A stretch of 16,755 nucleotides of DNA from Candidatus Heimdallarchaeota archaeon (GTDB lineage Archaea > Asgardarchaeota > Heimdallarchaeia > Heimdallarchaeales > Heimdallarchaeaceae). The stretch spans positions 1 to 16,755 of the forward strand of contig JAAFKJ010000074.1 in the NCBI GenBank assembly GCA_021399395.1, given 5' to 3'. A program made the position numbers and the translations under genes. The notes below the pieces were generated by a model, which ran no database searches, was not told where the DNA came from, and saw only the letters and a program-made list of their open reading frames with translations. Shown here piece after piece: positions 8,504-15,471 of the stretch. The stretch's first letter is position 1, and every line of letters starts with the position of its first letter.

Positions 8504-9351
8504 AACCTTCGAATTATGTTATAGATTTGCTCTTCAACCATGGCAGCATTTTCCCCAACCTCTGAAATATCATTTACTCCAGAAAAGAACTGGCTAAGCA
8601 CATTTTTAATTTTATCAATTCCATAAACTAACTCAGAGTATTCAGCAGGATAACCTAATGCAACAATACAATAATCGACCCCTCTAAATCTTGGATCTTT
8701 TTGATTCTTGTCTTTAACAACAAAGAGAAAACTTGTAGCATTATATTGCTTCATTTTAGGAATTTTAATTGGACCGGAAGTTGTTCCTGTTTCCAACATT
8801 TCTAATTCACCCATTCCGAATATTGTAAAGAGCAGTACACCCAAAGCTAAAGTCACAGTTTCTCTTACATTTTCGTACTCATGTGGGATTTTCTCAATGT
8901 AGATAGGTTCTGTCCCCGATTCACCAAAACGGTAAAATGAAACAAAAATCTTTTCTAAATCATATTTAGATTCGAGTTTTGTTACCTTATCTATTGCATT
9001 TGGAATTTGATTGAAGAATCTTCCTCTTTTTACGATATAGTCTGAAGCACCCATTTTCATGGCATTTACAGCTACTTCTTCAGAACCTTGACCAGTAATA
9101 ATTAGAACCGGAATTTCTGTAACTTTTCTTATTTCTTCCAAAATCTCCAATCCAGTAGTATTAACTAGAAGATAGTCTAGGAGGATAACATCTATATCAT
9201 AATTTTCATCAGAAATCAGTTTGAGAGTATCTTCTTTGGTTTTTGTGATGAATACTTCTGCATCGGGGTAAGCTTTCAATACATTTATCTTGATTAGGAA
9301 TGCAATATCAGCGTCATCTTCGCACAAAAGTATTCTTAGTTTATTCTGCAT
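8500..9351 (-). CDS. Response regulator: receiver domain fused to a putative uDENN/longin-like domain
   Basis: REC motifs LLCEDD, ILLDY, ITGQGSEEVAVNAMKMGASDYIVK. The C-terminal 150 aa contain FYRFGESG...GPIKIP...FVVKD...DPRFRG..YCIV. Confidence 0.85.
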   Translation of the reverse strand: MQNKLRILLCEDDADIAFLIKINVLKAYPDAEVFITKTKEDTLKLISDENYDIDVILLDYLLVNTTGLEILEEIRKVTEIPVLIITGQGSEEVAVNAMKMGASDYIVKRGRFFNQIPNAIDKVTKLESKYDLEKIFVSFYRFGESGTEPIYIEKIPHEYENVRETVTLALGVLLFTIFGMGELEMLETGTTSGPIKIPKMKQYNATSFLFVVKDKNQKDPRFRGVDYCIVALGYPAEYSELVYGIDKIKNVLSQFFSGVNDISEVGENAAMVEEQIYNIIRRF

Positions 9352-9410
9352 CTTAGATACTCCAGATTAATGTTAGTATTAACGCTATTTTATCTTTATC
9401 ATAATGTCAA

Positions 9411-10421
9411 CTACTCTAGTAGCCCATCGTCTTTTAAGGATTCGAGTATTTCAGATATCTCATCTTCAAGTTTATCGATAGTTTCGTCTTTTCCTTTCTT
9501 GGACTTTTTAGTCTTTCGTCTATCTTCAATTAAATCGCGTAAACTACTTCCATCCGGTAAATCAACTAAGGTTCCACCAACTTTGGAGATCTCATCTCTT
9601 ATTGTTTCTAATTGTGCTTCTGATTCATCAAAAACATCCTTATCAGGTAACATTGCAGCTAGTTCTGGTACTGAACTTTCTTCTTCTGCAGGTTGAAGTG
9701 ATCCAAGATCATTTAACCCTAATTCTTGAAGTAAGCTAGATTCATCCAAATCAAGCCCAGAAACAGATTCAGTGGTGAATTGATCGATTTTAGTTTGCGA
9801 TTTTGCTACTGGAGTAGCATCAAATTGTATTGTTGCAGTTTCTTTTTGTTTACAATGGTGATCCTCCGTTATAGGATGGTGAATCCCACAGTAGGGGCAG
9901 ATTGTTTCATGTAAGGTTTGAATATGTACTCCTAAAGCTCTCTGATCATGAGTAACAAAACCACAGTGGCTACATTTCAGTAAAGGAATGAATGTTTCTG
10001 AAGCAACAAATTCATCAAAATTAGCATAAAGATACCATAAAAGTGAAATTCGAACAGTCTTGGAAGTACTCCAACCTGTTTTCTTTTTGATACTAGTCAA
10101 ACTTTCTGCACTAACTTGATCTTTAAGTCTGAACGAAAGTTTAGTATCCTTTTTAGAACTTGATTCATCTTCATATCGTTTCATTAACAAAATTTCAAGC
10201 TTGATATAATCATTTAGTTCTTCAACGATGTTGATTCTGCTTCTCATTTTTCTAACTCGAATAGCTAAATCATCCAACGAGAGAGTTACTATTTGACTTG
10301 CTCCACCAAAACTCTTAGACTGTTCTAGAACAGCATTTTTAAAGTTCTGAGGAACATTTATCGTATATACATTAGATGCCCTTGTACCACCAGTTTTCGG
10401 AGAAATATGTCTCACCCACAT
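9411..10421 (-). CDS. Putative DNA-binding protein: tandem RHH-like domains, C2H2 zinc finger, second Cys/His cluster and acidic tail
   Basis: KLSFRL...TGWSTSKTVRISLLWYL (RHH), CSHC-x12-HIQTLH (C2H2), CPYC...HHC, and a D/E-rich C-terminal third. Confidence 0.75.
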   Translation of the reverse strand: MWVRHISPKTGGTRASNVYTINVPQNFKNAVLEQSKSFGGASQIVTLSLDDLAIRVRKMRSRINIVEELNDYIKLEILLMKRYEDESSSKKDTKLSFRLKDQVSAESLTSIKKKTGWSTSKTVRISLLWYLYANFDEFVASETFIPLLKCSHCGFVTHDQRALGVHIQTLHETICPYCGIHHPITEDHHCKQKETATIQFDATPVAKSQTKIDQFTTESVSGLDLDESSLLQELGLNDLGSLQPAEEESSVPELAAMLPDKDVFDESEAQLETIRDEISKVGGTLVDLPDGSSLRDLIEDRRKTKKSKKGKDETIDKLEDEISEILESLKDDGLLE

Positions 10422-10522
10422 CGTATTATTTGTGTATTATTGTTTTTTTAAATCTGTATAAAAACTTTTGCCATCGAAAAGACTTTTTCTTGTTTGTACA
10501 ATTACTGAACAATCAAAATGAA

Positions 10523-10529
10523 TATTAAA
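10523..10529 (+). promoter_or_regulatory. Candidate TATA box for the C/D sRNA
   Basis: TATTAAA 21-27 nt upstream of the predicted sRNA 5' end, preceded by a purine-rich BRE-like tract. Confidence 0.45.
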
Positions 10530-10549
10530 CACAATCTAGATGTTGATTT

Positions 10550-10619
10550 GAGAGTTTATGATGATCATGCACTACTTTGAACATTAGTAAGGCAATAAAA
10601 ACGGGGATCTGAGACTCTC
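10550..10619 (+). ncRNA. Box C/D 2'-O-methylation guide sRNA
   Basis: Box C ATGATGA (10558-10564), 12-nt guide, D' TTGA (10577-10580), degenerate C', second guide, box D CTGA (10609-10612). A 7-bp terminal stem GAGAGTT/GACTCTC with a 3-nt bulge gives canonical K-turn geometry. The D' guide is complementary to the conserved SSU rRNA GGUGCAUGG segment. Confidence 0.85.
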
Positions 10620-10625
10620 CCAATA

Positions 10626-11069
10626 TTATCCTTTAAGTAAGTTTACTTTTATTGGTATCCCTGTTTCAACGCTCTGAGTAATTATACAATAATCTTTGAA
10701 TATTTCTTCGCATCTCTGAAACTTACCATCCTTATCATCAATTACAGGTTCTAAATCCACCTCCATCTCCGAGATTCTCCAGAAACCTTTTTCATTTCTC
10801 TCTCGCTTGAATTTTACCGTGGTTTCTAATTCTAATAGATCAACTTGTTTCTTTGTTGAGCAAAAAATAAGAGAAGCTGAAAGACAGTTCCCTACTGCCG
10901 CAGCAAGTAACATTGATGCCGTAGGTCCTTTGCCTTCTCCACCAGGAAGAGAAGTTGGTTCATCTGTTAGGATATTTGGTATTATTTCAGACCCAAAATC
11001 CACTTCAAATTTGTAATTATCCAATCTTTTCATTTTTATTGTATACTCAGATTCATTATTTTCCGACAT
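10626..11069 (-). CDS. OsmC/Ohr family protein
   Basis: DEP...GGEGKGPTA..LL.AAVGNCL and YCIITQSV: both family cysteines present. Confidence 0.9.
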   Translation of the reverse strand: MSENNESEYTIKMKRLDNYKFEVDFGSEIIPNILTDEPTSLPGGEGKGPTASMLLAAAVGNCLSASLIFCSTKKQVDLLELETTVKFKRERNEKGFWRISEMEVDLEPVIDDKDGKFQRCEEIFKDYCIITQSVETGIPIKVNLLKG

Positions 11070-11096
11070 TTTCTCACAATCCAGTTAAAAAATCTA

Positions 11097-12023
11097 TTAA
11101 TCTCCAGAAATTAAGATATCATCAAGAACTTCCTCTAAATCTGGACGATCTGGAGGATCATCAGATCTTTCAAAATCACCTTCAGAAATAGCTTCTGTCA
11201 AATCTAGTTCAACTTTTCCTCTCCTTCTTGTTGGAGTTGGTACAACCATAGTTCCACTAAGATTTTCAATCTTATCGTTAATCTCCATCACAAGATTAAC
11301 TAACTTAGATATTTGATCGTTACTAAAACCTGAAACAGTTTGTAAATCGGTTCTTGCTTGATCTTCAAAACTTGGTGTTGAATCTTTAGCAGCAGCAGCT
11401 ATGGCTTTTGATTCAGGTCCAATACCATTTTCTACGATTGAAGCTGTTTTCTCTTGAGGTGCCATTGCTCGTGCAGCTTTAGCAGCAAGTGCTTCAGTTG
11501 GAAAGAGTTCAGTTAATTCAGCTAAAACTTGTTCTTGATTAGTTTCATTAAGTAAAATTAGTTTATCCTTGAGACCTTCCTTCTCATTTATCAAGTCCTC
11601 AAACTCATTCTCCAAAGCAGCGTATTTGTCTTTTACAAGCTTATTTTCTTGATTAAGAAGTTTGATTAGTTTGATAAGTTTAGGAAGACCACGGGCTAAT
11701 TCTGTTGTATTTTTTTGCATCTCCTTATATCTTGCAATGGAGACCATTTTTACACCCTTCTTGTTTTGTTCTTTGAACTCTACTTCCAGACCTTCAACTC
11801 GTTTCTTCAGGTCTCTATTTTGAACTAATAATCTTTCAACCAATAGTTTTACTTTTCTGAGTGCTTCCAACAATATCTTATTTCTTTCTTGAAGTTCCTT
11901 AACATCTGATTCAGTAAAACTTTTAGTGCTTAGAATTTCTTCAAAATCTTGCTCTTCCTCATCGTAGGATTGTTGGATTTTCTTGAGAAGTTTTTCTTCA
12001 GGATTGAGTCCAGTATAATTCAT
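11097..12023 (-). CDS. Coiled-coil protein with an internal duplication and acidic C-terminal motif
   Basis: Heptad Leu pattern over about aa 40-170, an Ala-rich linker, a short second coiled coil, and the C-terminus PPDRPDLEEVLDDILISGD. Confidence 0.8.
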   Translation of the reverse strand: MNYTGLNPEEKLLKKIQQSYDEEEQDFEEILSTKSFTESDVKELQERNKILLEALRKVKLLVERLLVQNRDLKKRVEGLEVEFKEQNKKGVKMVSIARYKEMQKNTTELARGLPKLIKLIKLLNQENKLVKDKYAALENEFEDLINEKEGLKDKLILLNETNQEQVLAELTELFPTEALAAKAARAMAPQEKTASIVENGIGPESKAIAAAAKDSTPSFEDQARTDLQTVSGFSNDQISKLVNLVMEINDKIENLSGTMVVPTPTRRRGKVELDLTEAISEGDFERSDDPPDRPDLEEVLDDILISGD

Positions 12024-12167
12024 GAGACAATCACTACGATGTTATTTGTATTTTGTAATAGCCCTTAAAAAAAATTTGCTTATTGTGCACACTTATCTTT
12101 CAAGATATAGGTTACCAAAAATACTCGATTGAACGAATAGTTAATGATTTATGTCGGGAGATTGTTT

Positions 12168-12199
12168 TTCATTTTTCGAGCATATCTGAGAAAAATGAA
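12168..12199. repeat. Perfect 10-bp inverted repeat in divergent promoter region
   Basis: TTCATTTTTC (12168-12177), 12-nt spacer, GAAAAATGAA (12190-12199). Confidence 0.55.
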
Positions 12200-12288
12200 C
12201 TATTGAATAGTGTTTGTTAAATTACTTATACAACTTACAATGAGCCACAAGTAGAAAATTTTTATTCTATGATAATAAAACACATCAT

Positions 12289-12537
12289 ATGAGCGTCTCA
12301 GCATATATTTTCTTTGAAGTTGAGCTTGGAAAAACTAGACAAGTAGTTGACGAACTTAGGAAAATTCCGAACATAGTGAGAGTAGCAATAGTTACTGGAG
12401 AATATGATGTAATTGTTCGTATCAATGTTGAAAATCTTGAAGAATTATTCCATATAACTACTGATAGAATTCATATGATAGAGGGTATAACTGATACCCA
12501 AACAGCAGTGATTGAAAAAGAAGAAATACAAGAGTGA
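12289..12537 (+). CDS. Stand-alone Lrp/AsnC ligand-binding (RAM) domain protein
   Basis: AYIFFEVELG...V..VTGEYDVIVRI...I..IEGITDTQT, with no HTH. Confidence 0.9.
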   Translation: MSVSAYIFFEVELGKTRQVVDELRKIPNIVRVAIVTGEYDVIVRINVENLEELFHITTDRIHMIEGITDTQTAVIEKEEIQE

Positions 12538-12541
12538 TGAT

Positions 12542-13831
12542 ATGCCACTTCCAAGAAATCGTCCTGTCAGTAAGATTAGAAATAAGAGTACTTTTTACTT
12601 GCTTGTATTATCTAGTGGGATCATTACAAGTTTTTACGTTGTACTGGACGATGTAGTAAATCTTGAACTAATCAAAGATCCTTTTATCTTTGGAGCTTTC
12701 GAGATGGTTGTTGGTTTTGTAGTTTCTCTTCTATTTGTTGCTTTTCTACATATCCCATTTCGAAAGAAAGAGGTAGGAAAAAGGAGGTTAAACTTGGGTT
12801 ATCTTTTTGATAGAAATTTTCAAAGATTAAAATTCCCTAGGGGAAAAGTTGGGATTTATACACTTCTTGCAGGTATTTTTGCATCAGGTTCAACAATTCT
12901 GTACTTTTATCTATTGAAAGAAAATGGCTCTGCAGTCATTATGCCATTCAGCCAATTTGTGCTAATCTACTTGCTCATTGGAGAAGCTATTGCAGATAAG
13001 GAGAAACCAGTAATTGTAGAAATTCAATCAATTGCAATGATTGCTATTGGTGTAATTATTGCGTCTTTGTCTACTGGAACTGGTACATTAGATCTAAATT
13101 CTTTATTAATTAACATAGCACTGATAATGGGGCCATTTTCCTTATTTTCAGCATGTTATATATTCTTTCAGAAGAAAGCTCTTACAACCAAAAATGACCA
13201 AGGAAGATTGTATGACACTATAAATCTAAGAATGTGGACAATGGTTATCATTATGATTAGTCAATGCATTGCAGCTATTCCATCACTCATAAGAGGAGGG
13301 TTTACAGAAGTTGCAACGAATTGGAAAACTGCTCTGACACCAGTGATATTTTCTATGTTATTTGTGTTTATAGCTATAGTTTTCTCCACTAGGGCATTAA
13401 CTATGGGGAAGATGTCTATAGTAAGGGCTTTGAGCAGCGTTAGTGTAATTGTAACCATTCCACTTACTCTTATCGTTGGGATTTGGATTCCCACTATTTC
13501 AGGTATTGGGGGAGAAAATCTTTCAACTACACTGATTCTGAAAATAGCTGGTTCGCTTCTAATTCTGGTAGGTGTTATTGCTTTAGCACTGTCAGAAACA
13601 AGAAGTATTCTGCTCGCTAAAGTGAAACAAGGGGAAGAAATCCGAATAGAAGAGTTGACAAAAATAAAAGGTGTTACTGATGTTTCTTTCATTACAGGAA
13701 CATATGATCTGCTTATTAATGTAAAAATCAGAAGCATTGGTAAGTTATATAGTATGACAGAGAATTCAATTGCTAAACTTGCTTGGATAACTGATGTTAC
13801 CACACATCATATTATGAAAGAATACGAATAA
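12542..13831 (+). CDS. DMT/EamA-like transporter with C-terminal Lrp/AsnC (RAM) domain
   Basis: About 10 TM in two repeats, with GKMSIVRALSS and LIGEAIADKEK motifs. The C-terminal 76 aa (from about 13601) contain IKGVTDVSFITGTYDLLINV. ATG 12542 lies 4 nt after the upstream stop. Confidence 0.85.
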   Translation: MPLPRNRPVSKIRNKSTFYLLVLSSGIITSFYVVLDDVVNLELIKDPFIFGAFEMVVGFVVSLLFVAFLHIPFRKKEVGKRRLNLGYLFDRNFQRLKFPRGKVGIYTLLAGIFASGSTILYFYLLKENGSAVIMPFSQFVLIYLLIGEAIADKEKPVIVEIQSIAMIAIGVIIASLSTGTGTLDLNSLLINIALIMGPFSLFSACYIFFQKKALTTKNDQGRLYDTINLRMWTMVIIMISQCIAAIPSLIRGGFTEVATNWKTALTPVIFSMLFVFIAIVFSTRALTMGKMSIVRALSSVSVIVTIPLTLIVGIWIPTISGIGGENLSTTLILKIAGSLLILVGVIALALSETRSILLAKVKQGEEIRIEELTKIKGVTDVSFITGTYDLLINVKIRSIGKLYSMTENSIAKLAWITDVTTHHIMKEYE

Positions 13832-13851
13832 AAAAGAAGTAAGATAAGAAA

Positions 13852-15267
13852 TCATTGAAATTTCTTATAAGGAGCTCTTTCTCCAGCTAGATATTCTTTA
13901 TGAACACTAACGTATTTTCTTATGAAAAAATATCCGATTATAAAGAACAATAATAATGGACTTAAAGCTATAGCAAATTGATTTGGAATACTAAGTCCAA
14001 TACTTGCTCCAATGGCCATGAAACCTAAGAACATCAATGGACTTACTATAGCACTGACTCTTCCTGCAATTTGTTTGAATCCTTGATACTGAGTTACTCT
14101 ATCAGGGGGTGCTACTTCAAGAACAAATTGCCGTCCAATTATCCACAATCCTCCAAATCCAACACCGATGAAAAATGCTGAAGGGATGAGTACTTGCCAA
14201 GGGAGTAGAGGTTCACCATTCACTTCTATACAAGCTAGAATTCCAATAACTACTGCAATGAACCATGCACAGGCATTAATAATGAAATTCTTCTTTGGTC
14301 CCCATTTATCTAGTAGAAATCCAACGATTATTGCACCGACCATAGATAAAACTCCACCAACTGCCATAACTATTAATGCCTGACCAGGAGATGCTCCTGC
14401 ACCATCTATAATCATGATATTCATATAAAGAATAGTAGTATTAGCAGCATCAGTAATAAAGAACCACCCTAGAATGAAGTAAAGAGCATTCTTGTTTTTT
14501 CCTTTGAAAATCTCACCAAAAGTCGTTTTATAATCCTTTGAAGCAAGACTTAGATTCTCTTTGAAGCTCTTCTGAGATTCTGAAGTTTTTTCTTTACTAA
14601 AGAAGAAAGGAATTGCAAATAAAGCGATTACACCTACTGTAATTGGAATCATCCAATACAAACTTGTATAATCAATTGGAGTTGCAATGTGATCTTCAAA
14701 TACATCTGTGGGTTTGCTAAATTGCCCCCATATTCCATACACTAATTGAGCTAAACCAAGCCCTGCAAAAGTACCTATGAAACTTAGAGCACCTGAAATA
14801 CCCGAGGTTCTTCCTCTTTCTTCTGTTTTTGAGATGAAAGGAATCATTGAATCATAGAACATTCTTCCTGCTTGATACCCAAAATTAGCAAAGAGAAAGC
14901 ATATACAAAGCCACCAGAAGTTCATCCATACCATGAATAATAATGTTGCACCACACATTACAGCTGCTGCAATAATCACGCCAGATTTCCTCTTACCTAT
15001 TGTATCACTCAGAGCTCCTATGAGAGGTCCAAAGATTGCAACTAGTAAATTTGAAACAGCCATAAATGTCGACATGAGAGCAAAAGCTTGCCAATAACTG
15101 GATACACCCATTTCAAAAGCCAAGAGTAACACCAATGGCTGGAAAACTATACTAAGTATCCCTTGACTGAACAGTGTATCAGCTGCATCATAACTAGACC
15201 ATAAGAACACATTCCTCAGGCTAGTTTTTTTAGCTTCTATAACTGTAATATCATTTGATTCACTCAT
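13852..15267 (-). CDS. MFS transporter, UMF1/Atg22-like family
   Basis: WSSYDAAD, GALSDTIGKRK (motif A), FYDSMIP..S..EERGRTSG, and GFLLDKWGPK; about 12 TM. Confidence 0.88.
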   Translation of the reverse strand: MSESNDITVIEAKKTSLRNVFLWSSYDAADTLFSQGILSIVFQPLVLLLAFEMGVSSYWQAFALMSTFMAVSNLLVAIFGPLIGALSDTIGKRKSGVIIAAAVMCGATLLFMVWMNFWWLCICFLFANFGYQAGRMFYDSMIPFISKTEERGRTSGISGALSFIGTFAGLGLAQLVYGIWGQFSKPTDVFEDHIATPIDYTSLYWMIPITVGVIALFAIPFFFSKEKTSESQKSFKENLSLASKDYKTTFGEIFKGKNKNALYFILGWFFITDAANTTILYMNIMIIDGAGASPGQALIVMAVGGVLSMVGAIIVGFLLDKWGPKKNFIINACAWFIAVVIGILACIEVNGEPLLPWQVLIPSAFFIGVGFGGLWIIGRQFVLEVAPPDRVTQYQGFKQIAGRVSAIVSPLMFLGFMAIGASIGLSIPNQFAIALSPLLLFFIIGYFFIRKYVSVHKEYLAGERAPYKKFQ

Positions 15268-15471
15268 AATAATCTAGTATTGAAAATTTTGACTCGTATT
15301 TAAATATTCATTCGAAATTCTTCAAAGAATCATCTATTTACCACATAAATTCACTAATCTAATTAAAAAAAAATAGTATGTATTAGGTAGATTACAGATA
15401 ATAATGTATTAAATCAAGTTCATCTGCCAGAAAAGTCTATAAACACTTCTTGTTTTCTTTATTTGGTTTTA

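Noticed and set aside
1195-9351. Two receiver genes with no histidine kinase in the window
   Set aside because: Orphan receivers are common in archaea, and the kinases may lie elsewhere in the genome.
12144-12189. ATGATTT...CTGA as a second C/D sRNA
   Set aside because: Imperfect box C, no K-turn terminal stem, no internal D'/C' boxes and no recognisable guide.
12512-12541. TTG start giving an MKKKKYKSDD extension to the DMT-RAM protein
   Set aside because: It overlaps the RAM gene; ATG 12542 fits operon coupling better.
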